Source: a virus
Length of the DNA: 51,874 bases
Direction: 5' to 3' (one strand)
Virus record (IMG/VR): IMGVR_UViG_3300045988_065517
Location: 1-51,874 of that record
Shown here in pieces: positions 1 through 7,984 of this stretch. Numbering within the stretch: the first letter of the stretch is position 1; each line of letters begins with the position of its first letter. The notes beneath the pieces were generated by a model. It saw only the letters and a program-made list of their open reading frames with translations, did no database searches and was not told the DNA's origin. Made by a program: the position numbers and the translations under genes.

Positions 1-99
1 ATACAGTCAGTTAAAAGGATGGCAAGTATGTTAAAAGGTAAAGGTAACCCTATGCAGATATTACAGATGATGGGAGGACAGAATCCTCAATTAAACCAA
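1..99. repeat. Terminal overlap, identical to nt 51776-51874 (circular closure or terminal redundancy)
   Basis: Direct comparison of the first and last lines of the window. The repeat starts at ATACAGTCAG and ends at TTAAACCAA. Confidence 0.95.
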
Positions 100-201
100 G
101 CATTATGTGGTGTAGTTAGATATCCAAACGCTACAACATATTCAGCTGGTTTTAGTCCTTACTTTAATACAGGATGTGGCTGCTGCGGAACAACAGTATA
201 A
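1..201 (+). CDS. 3' part of a junction-spanning small ORF (5' part at 51704-51775). Gln/Asn/Met-rich, with C-terminus ...FNTGCGCCGTTV.
   Basis: The frame is continuous across the 99-bp overlap (51776 corresponds to nt 1, which is codon position 1). AAGGAG lies upstream of the ATG at 51704. A terminator hairpin follows at 230-257. Confidence 0.5.
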   Translation: MQSVKRMASMLKGKGNPMQILQMMGGQNPQLNQALCGVVRYPNATTYSAGFSPYFNTGCGCCGTTV

Positions 202-229
202 TTAGAGCATTGTAGTATGCCAGTTAAAG

Positions 230-257
230 GGAGTGGCAATGCTACTCCCTATTTTTT
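230..257 (+). terminator. Rho-independent terminator
   Basis: GGGAGTGGC-AAT-GCTACTCCC hairpin followed by a T run (252-257). Confidence 0.7.
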
Positions 258-282
258 AATATGAGAAAGGAGAATAAGTAAT

Positions 283-690
283 ATGTTAGAAGCATATAGT
301 CAGAATGTAACAGTGTTAACTAATACGGCAATACCATTTAACTCAACTAGTATACAGAAAGGTTGTACAGCAGTCAAATCTGATTCAACTACAATACAGT
401 TAAATAAGTGTGGTGTATATATGTTAGAAGTTGATGGTTCAGCAACTGCAACTGCTGCTGGTAATGTGTCTATACAGTTAAGAAAGAATGGAACTCTTCA
501 GCCACAAGCAATATCTACTGCTACTGGTACAACTACCACAGTAGTACCTGTTGGTTTTACAACATTAGTACAAGTATCAGAAAATAATTCTTGTAGATGC
601 TGCGATAGTCCTACAGTTTTAACTATTGATAATGTTGGCGTAGGAGCTACATTTAACCAAGTAAATGTAGTTGTAACTAAGATATGCTAG
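283..690 (+). CDS. C1q/TNF-like protein resembling the BclA C-terminal domain, standalone with no collagen-like stalk
   Basis: 135 aa. The pattern TNTAIPFN...G...I.L...GVYML.V.G, followed by Thr/Val-rich beta-strand segments, is typical of the BclA-C/C1q jelly-roll. GGAG RBS. Confidence 0.5.
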   Translation: MLEAYSQNVTVLTNTAIPFNSTSIQKGCTAVKSDSTTIQLNKCGVYMLEVDGSATATAAGNVSIQLRKNGTLQPQAISTATGTTTTVVPVGFTTLVQVSENNSCRCCDSPTVLTIDNVGVGATFNQVNVVVTKIC

Positions 691-691
691 T

Positions 692-922
692 ATGAAAGAC
701 GGAGAGTTAACTATACTTGATATTCTAAATATTATGAGTTTCTTTATAGGATTAATGAATCTACAAGATAATCTGACACAAGGAGATAAGCAAGAACTTA
801 TGTCTGAGACTGATAAGCAGACCTCTATAATCTTAAAAGAGATACATTCTCATTTAGAAGAACAAGATATAAAATTAGACAGATTATTAAAAAGATTGGA
901 GGTAGTGGAGAATGACCGTTGA
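692..922 (+). CDS. Hypothetical small protein with a hydrophobic N-terminus and coiled-coil C-terminus
   Basis: ORF tightly coupled to the upstream stop (TAGTATG). Confidence 0.55.
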   Translation: MKDGELTILDILNIMSFFIGLMNLQDNLTQGDKQELMSETDKQTSIILKEIHSHLEEQDIKLDRLLKRLEVVENDR

Positions 923-1481
923 TGAAGTATTCTCAAAAATATTAGCACACGAGATAGAAGGTCTTATGACTCACGACCAGCTAGCTAACTTTTATGACTT
1001 TTTAAGTCTTCACGGATACAAGAGATGTCACGAATATCATTATTTATGCGAGTCATACTGTATGCGAACAGTACAAAGATATTATATCAATCATTATAAT
1101 AAATTAGTGAAAAAAGAACCTATTGATACTCCTAAAATTATACCTGATAGTTGGTATAATTATAGTCGTATGGATGTTGATATTGCTACAAGGCAGAACG
1201 CCCTTAAAACTGGAATATCTATTTGGATTGACTGGGAGAAGGAAACAAAGTCCTTATATGAATCAATGTATAAGGAGCTATGTGATATAGGTGAAATCGC
1301 TGCTGCTTGTAAGGTTAAGGAATTAATCTGTGATGTAGATGGTGAATTGAAATGTGCAGAACGTGAAGGCTTGAAGTTGAAAGCCATAGATTATGACTTG
1401 GATGCTATATATCTGTGTCAAGATGAACTGCACAAAAAATATAAACATAAAATAGCGAAAATTGGAGTGAATATATGCTAG
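912..1481 (+). CDS. Hypothetical protein, possibly a ferritin-like helical bundle
   Basis: 189-aa ORF with a GGAG RBS. The H/E-rich helices (AHEIEG...HEYHY) only loosely resemble ferritin-like proteins. Confidence 0.5.
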   Translation: MTVDEVFSKILAHEIEGLMTHDQLANFYDFLSLHGYKRCHEYHYLCESYCMRTVQRYYINHYNKLVKKEPIDTPKIIPDSWYNYSRMDVDIATRQNALKTGISIWIDWEKETKSLYESMYKELCDIGEIAAACKVKELICDVDGELKCAEREGLKLKAIDYDLDAIYLCQDELHKKYKHKIAKIGVNIC

Positions 1482-1825
1482 ATATTAAGGATATAGAAGA
1501 AGCAATACAAGAGTTAGAACAAGGAGAAACTACCTATACAGCTTGTAGCAAATTAGCTAGTTTATATATTGTGCGGGATAAATTGGGTGAAAAAGTTGAC
1601 TTGGTTCCTGAAAGCAATATAGACGAACAGATAGCCGATATTCAGGGCTTATTCGTAGCATATATGCGAGATAGGTCTATAGCTAATCTAAATAATATGC
1701 TGGATTCAACTTATAAGATGATAAGTGAGTTATATCACACTTGTTCTGACCCGAATGAAAGAAACATCTTTCATAAATTCATTGACAGCATATCAAGCAT
1801 AAATTCAACAACAATTATAGGATAA
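1475..1825 (+). CDS. Hypothetical protein
   Basis: 116-aa ORF overlapping the upstream stop, followed by a terminator. Confidence 0.6.
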   Translation: MLDIKDIEEAIQELEQGETTYTACSKLASLYIVRDKLGEKVDLVPESNIDEQIADIQGLFVAYMRDRSIANLNNMLDSTYKMISELYHTCSDPNERNIFHKFIDSISSINSTTIIG

Positions 1826-1856
1826 AGGGAATTTTATATTCCCTTTATTTTTTTTG
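1824..1856 (+). terminator. Rho-independent terminator
   Basis: AAAGGGAA-TTTTATA-TTCCCTTT hairpin followed by a T8 run. Confidence 0.85.
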
Positions 1857-1865
1857 AAAAAACAC

Positions 1866-1894
1866 TTGCAATTTTTAACTATATGTATTACAAT
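1866..1894 (+). promoter_or_regulatory. Promoter cassette P1 (TTGCAA-N17-TACAAT)
   Basis: -35 at 1866-1871 and -10 at 1889-1894, inside the conserved ATATGTATTACAATAT block. The conserved leader GAAGTTAAAAAA...AAGTTGAGGTAA precedes the ATG at 1936. Confidence 0.75.
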
Positions 1895-1935
1895 ATAATT
1901 GAAGTTAAAAAATAAATAAAGTTGAGGTAAATACT

Positions 1936-2238
1936 ATGACAAAGGAACAAATTTTAATGATAATTAATAAGGAAAATGAAAACAATGAAATTAAATGGAA
2001 GGTAGTAAAAAATTATCGTAACCTTATCGTGATTACAAATAATTATGATAAAGATATTGAATTTAAAATCGAAGTATTAGGTGGAAATGATATCAAAGTA
2101 ACAGATGTTAATGGTTGGGTTCATATGATTGCACTTTTGTTATTTGGCACAGACAGATGGAGTGATTTCTCAGATGTGGAAAGTGGCTTAAGAAAAGCTA
2201 TTAAATTAGTAGTTGAACATTTCTACTACTATTATTAG
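1936..2238 (+). CDS. Hypothetical early protein
   Basis: First ORF after P1, with a GAGGTAA RBS. Confidence 0.65.
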   Translation: MTKEQILMIINKENENNEIKWKVVKNYRNLIVITNNYDKDIEFKIEVLGGNDIKVTDVNGWVHMIALLLFGTDRWSDFSDVESGLRKAIKLVVEHFYYYY

Positions 2239-2290
2239 AATAATTTACTCCTGGACAAACGTTTAGGAGTAAGGATTAAGGAGGATTAAA

Positions 2291-4006
2291 ATGATTGATA
2301 TAAAAATAGATTCACCAGACAAATTGAAAGATAATATACTAATTACCAAAAGTGCTTTTGTAGCTTTTCCCTATAATGGAATGATTATAAATTATATTAA
2401 ATCCTTAGGGATTGGGGTTTATCATCCTGATACAAGGGTCTGGGAGATACCTGTGACAAGTATTATCGGATTATGTAATAAATTCGAAAATGAAGAAATT
2501 CATATATCAGGTATATATGAAGATTTAAGGAAAGAACAATTTGCAGTGGATATACCTAAGGATTATATATTTAAAACTAAGCCTTTTCCACACCAGCTTG
2601 ATGGTGTTAGATTTGGTCTAAATAAAAAAAGATTCTTGCTATGTGATGACCAAGGCTTAGGAAAAACAAAGCAGATTATAGATTTAGTTGGCTGTCTAGA
2701 AAAAACAGAAAATATTAATAAAGTTCTTATCATATGTGGAGTTAATTCCTTGAAGTATAATTGGCAGTCTGAAATTGAAACACACTCAGACGAAAAAGGA
2801 TGGGTTCTTGGAACAAGATATAGAAAAAGAACTGGAAAAGCATATGAGGGAACTAATAAGGATAAATTAGATGATTTGAATAATTTGCCTGATTGTAGAT
2901 ACCTAATTACTAATATTGAGACCTTGAGGGCAATGGCAGAGAAAGTTAGTAAAACTAAATATAAATTCCCAATCGCAGATAAACTAAAAGAGCTATGTGA
3001 TAAAGGAATAATATCTATGATAGCTTTCGATGAATGTCATAAATCCAAAGAACCAACATCACTACAGAGCCGAGCAATGATAAATGTACAGGCTAAATAT
3101 ATGGTAGCTATGAGTGGAACACCGCTTATGAATAAACCACTGGATTTATACTTCCCGCTACATTGGTTAGGATATGAACAGCATAGCTTCTATCAATTCA
3201 AGCAACACTACTGCACATTAGGTGGCTGGGGTGGTTCCGAAATCGTTGGTTATAAGAACCTTGAGGAAATAAGAGCTTTAATGAGCGAAGTAATGCTCAG
3301 AAGATTAAAGACTGAGGTTTTAGACTTACCTGAAAAAATTAGGAAGGTTGAATATGTAGATATGACACCTAAACAAGCTCAAATATATAAAGAAGTCTAT
3401 AGTGGTGTGATGAGTGAACTACAACAAATTAAATTCGCAAATAATCCTCTATCTATGATGATTAGATTAAGACAAGCTACAGGATGGACAGGTATTCTGT
3501 CCGATACAGTACAAGAATCAACTAAGATGGACAGAATGTTGCAGTTAGTGGAAGAAATTACATCAAGTGGACAGAAGGTCATTATATTCTCCAACTGGGA
3601 ATCTATGACATCAATAGCAAAGCAAAAATTATCTACTTATAATCCTGCTTATATCACAAGTGGTATCAAGACAGATGATAGAATGAATGAAGTTACCAGA
3701 TTCCAGACTGATGAAAACTGTAAAATTATAATTGGAACAATAGGAGCTATGGGAACAGGATTAACTCTTACAGCTGCACAGAATGTTATATTCCTTGATA
3801 GCCCTTGGAATATGGCATTAAAAGCACAGGCAGAAGATAGAGCTCATAGAATAGGAACGCAGGGAACAGTTAATGTAACTACACTAGTCTGCAAGAATAC
3901 CATAGATGAACGTATAGAAGAATTAGTAGAGAAGAAAGGTCATATGGCAGAAGCTCTGGTTGATGGAAAAATATCTGTAGATGATATTAATTTCCTTTTG
4001 TCCTAA
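2291..4006 (+). CDS. SNF2/Rad54-family DEAD/H helicase
   Basis: Motifs PFPHQLDGV, DDQGLGKT (Walker A), FDECH (motif II) and QAEDRAHRIGTQG (motif VI). Confidence 0.85.
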   Translation: MIDIKIDSPDKLKDNILITKSAFVAFPYNGMIINYIKSLGIGVYHPDTRVWEIPVTSIIGLCNKFENEEIHISGIYEDLRKEQFAVDIPKDYIFKTKPFPHQLDGVRFGLNKKRFLLCDDQGLGKTKQIIDLVGCLEKTENINKVLIICGVNSLKYNWQSEIETHSDEKGWVLGTRYRKRTGKAYEGTNKDKLDDLNNLPDCRYLITNIETLRAMAEKVSKTKYKFPIADKLKELCDKGIISMIAFDECHKSKEPTSLQSRAMINVQAKYMVAMSGTPLMNKPLDLYFPLHWLGYEQHSFYQFKQHYCTLGGWGGSEIVGYKNLEEIRALMSEVMLRRLKTEVLDLPEKIRKVEYVDMTPKQAQIYKEVYSGVMSELQQIKFANNPLSMMIRLRQATGWTGILSDTVQESTKMDRMLQLVEEITSSGQKVIIFSNWESMTSIAKQKLSTYNPAYITSGIKTDDRMNEVTRFQTDENCKIIIGTIGAMGTGLTLTAAQNVIFLDSPWNMALKAQAEDRAHRIGTQGTVNVTTLVCKNTIDERIEELVEKKGHMAEALVDGKISVDDINFLLS

Positions 4007-4042
4007 AAAATTTATAAAAAATTTATAAAAAATTATAAAAAA
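4005..4042 (+). repeat. Four phased A6 tracts (spacing 11, 11, 10 bp) immediately upstream of P2
   Basis: AAAAAATTTATAAAAAATTTATAAAAAATTATAAAAAA. Confidence 0.8.
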
Positions 4043-4045
4043 CAC

Positions 4046-4074
4046 TTGCAATTTTCGAGTATATGTATTACAAT
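4046..4074 (+). promoter_or_regulatory. Promoter cassette P2 (TTGCAA-N17-TACAAT)
   Basis: Same AACACTTGCAATTTT...ATATGTATTACAATATAA block as P1. Confidence 0.75.
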
Positions 4075-4109
4075 ATAACTGTAATTGATAAAGAAAAGAG
4101 GTAATAAAT

Positions 4110-4520
4110 ATGAGTAATTACAGTGAATATCTTAAAGGATTAAAGGCAAAACATATCGAAAAGTTTTTCGGAGAAGTTAAACAGAAATCTAATAAATACT
4201 TCACATTTAACCATTATGTTGATGATGATAATGTAACAATCATCACTAATAATATTAAATACATCAAGGGTAACCCAGTGCTGGTAGTTGATAATAATAA
4301 AGTAGTATATTTAAAAGATTGGTTAGTAGAGCCAGTTAGAAATTATAGCAATGGAATATATGCATATGCTGCTAAAATCAATAGAAAATTCTTTAAAGTT
4401 TACACATTTAAGAATGACTTTGAAGATATGGCATTCGAAAAAGAAACCACATTTGATGAATTAGTTGAAATAGCTAAAGAACAGGATGAAAATAATATGG
4501 CTATAGCACTAGGACACTAG
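4110..4520 (+). CDS. Hypothetical early protein
   Basis: First ORF after P2, with a GAGGTAA RBS. Confidence 0.65.
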   Translation: MSNYSEYLKGLKAKHIEKFFGEVKQKSNKYFTFNHYVDDDNVTIITNNIKYIKGNPVLVVDNNKVVYLKDWLVEPVRNYSNGIYAYAAKINRKFFKVYTFKNDFEDMAFEKETTFDELVEIAKEQDENNMAIALGH

Positions 4521-4552
4521 ACAGTGAAGTATTAGAAAGGAGGTGATATAAA

Positions 4553-4858
4553 GTGCAGGAACGTTTTTCAACCGCTAGGGCAGCACAGATTATAGATGTT
4601 TCCACCAAAACACTTAAAATGTGGTATAAATGGTGGGAAGATGATAGTTATGAAAAACCCGTTGGATTAAGTCTTCCAGAGTATACTACAGATGGAAGAG
4701 GAACAAGATTTTTCACGTACGATGCTGTGCAGGCTCTTGAAGTCTTCAAGCAGGCAATTCGCAATGAGTATAAAGGCTGTATGGCGGAATTCAATGCTAT
4801 CAATAGCTGGGGGCAGCGTGGAACAAGAATTTTAGGAAAGAAGAAGGAGGACAAATAA
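4553..4858 (+). CDS. Putative helix-turn-helix DNA-binding protein (MerR/excisionase-like N-terminus)
   Basis: GTG start with an AAGGAGGTG RBS. FSTARAAQIIDVSTKTLKMWYKWW resembles a MerR-type HTH. Confidence 0.5.
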   Translation: MQERFSTARAAQIIDVSTKTLKMWYKWWEDDSYEKPVGLSLPEYTTDGRGTRFFTYDAVQALEVFKQAIRNEYKGCMAEFNAINSWGQRGTRILGKKKEDK

Positions 4859-4859
4859 A

Positions 4860-5264
4860 ATGAGCAGACGTAATGGAACAAGTCCATCAATATTGGAACA
4901 GATGATTGACCATTATAAGGAAGGTAAGGACCAAGAAAATGCCTTAAAGAAATCCAATAATGCTCTGAATGAGAATATCAAGTCTTATATGCAGGAGCAT
5001 AACCTTAATAATGCTTCATCAGATAAATACACTGCTTCTTTATCTGTAACAAATAAAGAATCCTTGAATGAAGATTTAGCTATTGAAATTATTAAATCTA
5101 AATTAGGTGGACCTTTACTTGCTACAGTAATTAAGCAGAAAGAGTATATTGATGAAGATGCATTGGAGAAATTAATTTATAATGGAGATTTTGACCCTAA
5201 CGATTTAGTTAAGGCTAAAATAACAAAAACAATTCACACCCTTAGGGTGACTAAAAAGAAATAA
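4860..5264 (+). CDS. Hypothetical protein
   Basis: 134-aa ORF with a GGAGG RBS inside the upstream gene end. Confidence 0.6.
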   Translation: MSRRNGTSPSILEQMIDHYKEGKDQENALKKSNNALNENIKSYMQEHNLNNASSDKYTASLSVTNKESLNEDLAIEIIKSKLGGPLLATVIKQKEYIDEDALEKLIYNGDFDPNDLVKAKITKTIHTLRVTKKK

Positions 5265-5285
5265 AATATTTAGGAGGAAGTAAAG

Positions 5286-5897
5286 ATGTTAAAATGTAAG
5301 TGGGCCGGAGATGTCAATGATGAATATTGCAAAGGATGCGATGGTATCCAGATGGAAATGGAAGGTAATGTTATAAGCTGTGAAAAATGTGCAGGATATG
5401 AAGCTGGAACAGAATCTGTGCAGGTAGAAAAAACTGAACCAGATATAGCACCAACAGAAGATGATAATAATGATACTAAGGAAGACGCTGTAGAAGGAGC
5501 AATGAATCCACCAGAAGAAGAGGTACCCGCAAGTCCTACAACAGAAACTAAAAAATCAACTCAAAACAAGAAGAAAGATGAAAAGGTTAGTAAATCTACA
5601 ATAAGTACAGAAAAAGCCGAAAATAAGCCAAAATCAAAGTCTAGTACAAAAGTATCAGAGGAAAAGAAAGCAACAGAAAAAGAAGTTGAAACATCTAATG
5701 GTGAAATTAAGGTTGTATCTTTATGTTACACTTCGGGTGCAACAATTAAAAAAGGTGATAATTATTTTAAATTCATCGCTGAGGAAGAATGGGACGTTTC
5801 ACAGATTGACAATGTAGCAGATGCTCGTGAGCAGTTATGGGCAAAGTTAAATGCAGAGGTAGATGCACAGATTGAAGAATTAGAAAACATCAAATAA
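5286..5897 (+). CDS. Hypothetical protein with an N-terminal Cys cluster and a Lys/Glu/Thr-rich low-complexity middle
   Basis: AGGAGG RBS. CKWAG..CKGCDG...CEKC motif. Confidence 0.6.
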   Translation: MLKCKWAGDVNDEYCKGCDGIQMEMEGNVISCEKCAGYEAGTESVQVEKTEPDIAPTEDDNNDTKEDAVEGAMNPPEEEVPASPTTETKKSTQNKKKDEKVSKSTISTEKAENKPKSKSSTKVSEEKKATEKEVETSNGEIKVVSLCYTSGATIKKGDNYFKFIAEEEWDVSQIDNVADAREQLWAKLNAEVDAQIEELENIK

Positions 5898-5906
5898 AAA
5901 TTAATG

Positions 5907-5935
5907 TTGTAATTAGATAATGGATGTGTTATTAT
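5907..5935 (+). promoter_or_regulatory. Candidate promoter for the initiator operon (TTGTAA-N17-TGtTATTAT)
   Basis: -35 at 5907-5912 and an extended -10 at 5927-5935. Confidence 0.5.
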
Positions 5936-5936
5936 C

Positions 5937-6084
5937 GTAGTATAGACAGGTAAGATAATTAAATAAACATATTAGAAAATATAATCCTTGATATAATTAG
6001 GTGTATTCACCACATTACCTTTATGATTTGTTACCTGTCTATACTACAGTCATAAGAAGAATACACCTAATTATATCAAGGATT
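5937..6084. repeat. Two interleaved perfect inverted repeats: A 5937-5953 / A' 6031-6047 (17 bp) and B 5983-6008 / B' 6059-6084 (26 bp)
   Basis: GTAGTATAGACAGGTAA pairs with TTACCTGTCTATACTAC. AATCCTTGATATAATTAGGTGTATTC pairs with GAATACACCTAATTATATCAAGGATT. The order is A-B-A'-B'. Confidence 0.9.
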
Positions 6085-6106
6085 TTTAATTTTAAGGAGG
6101 CTATAT

Positions 6107-6877
6107 ATGGCAATATTTAGAACTCACAAAAATCAAAATTATACAGTGATGAGTAATTACCATCTGAAAGAAAAAAATATGAGCTTAAAAGCAAAAGGGC
6201 TTCTTTCAGTAATGTTATCATTACCAGATGATTGGGATTATTCACTTGCAGGTCTTGTAGCAATATGTAAAGAAAACGAAACATCCGTTAAATCTGCCAT
6301 CAAGGAATTAAAAGATTTTGGCTATATCCGTATTGATAAATTGATGCCGAACGAAACTGAATCAGGACGTATTGAATATGTCTATAATGTGTTCGAACAA
6401 CCACAGAATAGCAAACAAGAACACAAAAAACAAGGGCTAGAAAATCAACCTATAGAAAATCAACCTATAGAGAATCAAGTACAATTAAATACTAAAAAAC
6501 AAAATACTAAAGAATTAAATACTAAAAAAATAAAAAATAAAAAAAATTCTAAAAAAGATGCTAAAATCGAGTACATAACTAGGAAATGTCTTGAATATGA
6601 TTTAGATGAAAATGTTATAGAATTGGTATGCACATTCTTTAGTGGACTAATTGATAATGGTAGGCTGGTCACTAACGAAAAGATAAATGCGACTTTGAGT
6701 GTGTTGGCTAAATATAATCAGACAACGCAAATTAACGCCATACAGCTATCTTTAGATAAAGGCTATGTAAATATAAATCCTGCGTGGTTAAAAGGCGAGA
6801 ATACGCGAAATTCTAGTAGCTACAGGGTATCTACAGATGAGCAGGAATCACAGGTTGAACAGAACTTTGAATTTTAA
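6107..6877 (+). CDS. Replication initiator / replisome organiser with an N-terminal winged-helix domain
   Basis: The N-terminus ...NYTVMSNYHLKEKNMSLKAKGLLSVMLSLPDDWDYSLAGL...VKSAIKELKDFGYI is typical of Firmicutes phage and plasmid initiators. The gene lies upstream of the loader, helicase and primase. Confidence 0.65.
   Translation: MAIFRTHKNQNYTVMSNYHLKEKNMSLKAKGLLSVMLSLPDDWDYSLAGLVAICKENETSVKSAIKELKDFGYIRIDKLMPNETESGRIEYVYNVFEQPQNSKQEHKKQGLENQPIENQPIENQVQLNTKKQNTKELNTKKIKNKKNSKKDAKIEYITRKCLEYDLDENVIELVCTFFSGLIDNGRLVTNEKINATLSVLAKYNQTTQINAIQLSLDKGYVNINPAWLKGENTRNSSSYRVSTDEQESQVEQNFEF
6438..6478 (+). repeat. 15-bp tandem repeat (2.7 copies, TAGAAAATCAACCTA) inside the initiator gene, followed by an A/T-rich AAATACTAAA x3 block (6485-6560)
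   Basis: Read directly from the sequence. It encodes ENQPIENQPIENQ. Confidence 0.85.
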
Positions 6878-6890
6878 GGAGGAAAAATAT

Positions 6891-7007
6891 ATGAATTTAG
6901 GTGATATTGGATTATTGCTGCTAGCGTTAGCAGCTGGAGTTATAACCATATTAGATATTTTGATTTTGCTTGGAAAGCGAGGTGACAAAGATGAGGATGA
7001 ACAGTAA
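6891..7007 (+). CDS. 38-aa single-pass membrane peptide
   Basis: AGGAGG RBS 8 nt upstream. MNLGDIGLLLLALAAGVITILDILILLGKRGDKDEDEQ. Confidence 0.55.
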   Translation: MNLGDIGLLLLALAAGVITILDILILLGKRGDKDEDEQ

Positions 7008-7329
7008 TGACAACCTAACCTATCTCAAGAGCATAACTCTGGACCATATACCCAACGGAAGACAGAATGCAGTAAACTGCAAAGATTTAGCTTATTTGGT
7101 AGGGGTTAGTCCGAGAGTTATGAGAAAATTGATTCAGTATTTACGTGACGATGGATATCCTATATGCTCAACCACTTCAGATGGATATTGGTCGGCAGTG
7201 CTACCTGAGGAGCTCAATTCTACAATTAAGCTGTTAGAACATCAGCGAGAAACTATAGAAGCTACATTGGAATCCTTGAGGAATACCCAAAATTATTTAG
7301 GAATGGTGGAAGAAACAGATGAATATTAA
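6991..7329 (+). CDS. Winged-helix/HTH DNA-binding protein
   Basis: ATG at 6991 with a GAGGTG RBS (the track TTG start at 6970 is less likely). CKDLAYLVGVSPRVMRKLIQYLRDDGYPI is HTH-like. Confidence 0.55.
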   Translation: MRMNSNDNLTYLKSITLDHIPNGRQNAVNCKDLAYLVGVSPRVMRKLIQYLRDDGYPICSTTSDGYWSAVLPEELNSTIKLLEHQRETIEATLESLRNTQNYLGMVEETDEY

Positions 7330-7984
7330 TAAGTGTTGGTATAAAGGTAAATGCAGGAATAAATGTTCAAAAAGTTGTATTCGATATAACCTTGTATACA
7401 CATTATTTCATTTATCACGAGCTCCTGAAGCCTTATGGGAATATAAGCCTTTATCTTGTGGTGACAAGGATTTAAAAAGTTTCCAACGTCTGACTGATAT
7501 CAGTAATAATATTTTGGAATTTATTGCAGGTGGGAATAATTTATATCTTTATTCTCATAATTGTGGCAATGGTAAGACAAGCTGGGCAATGCGTTTAATG
7601 TATAAGTATTTTGATGAAATATGGGCTGAGAGCTGTCTTGAATGTGGGGCCTTATATGTGAATGTTCCACATTTTCTTTATTCCTGTAAGCGTTCTATTT
7701 CGCAAAAGGTAGAAGGCTTTGAGGAACTTTGCAATTTAATTAGTTCCGTGGATTTAATCATATGGGACGATATTGGTGATAATACAGCGACAGGCTATGA
7801 ACATCAAATACTATTACAGTACATAGATGGAAGAATTAATGCTGGAAAGAGTAACATATATACAAGCAACAGAAACTTCACTGAATTGCAGGATATGTTA
7901 GGAGAACGTTTAGCAAGTCGAATCTATAATTGCTCCACGATTATAGAATTAAAAGAAAACGATAAGAGGTGCAGCAAATGGTAG
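7319..7984 (+). CDS. DnaC/IstB-like AAA+ helicase loader
   Basis: Walker A GNGKTSW and Walker B LIIWDDIG. Located directly upstream of the DnaB-like helicase. Confidence 0.75.
   Translation: MNINKCWYKGKCRNKCSKSCIRYNLVYTLFHLSRAPEALWEYKPLSCGDKDLKSFQRLTDISNNILEFIAGGNNLYLYSHNCGNGKTSWAMRLMYKYFDEIWAESCLECGALYVNVPHFLYSCKRSISQKVEGFEELCNLISSVDLIIWDDIGDNTATGYEHQILLQYIDGRINAGKSNIYTSNRNFTELQDMLGERLASRIYNCSTIIELKENDKRCSKW

Noticed and set aside
2245-2272. Hairpin TTACTCCT...AGGAGTAA before the SNF2 gene, considered as a terminator
   Set aside because: No T-tract follows it. It may modulate RBS access, but the evidence is too thin to call.
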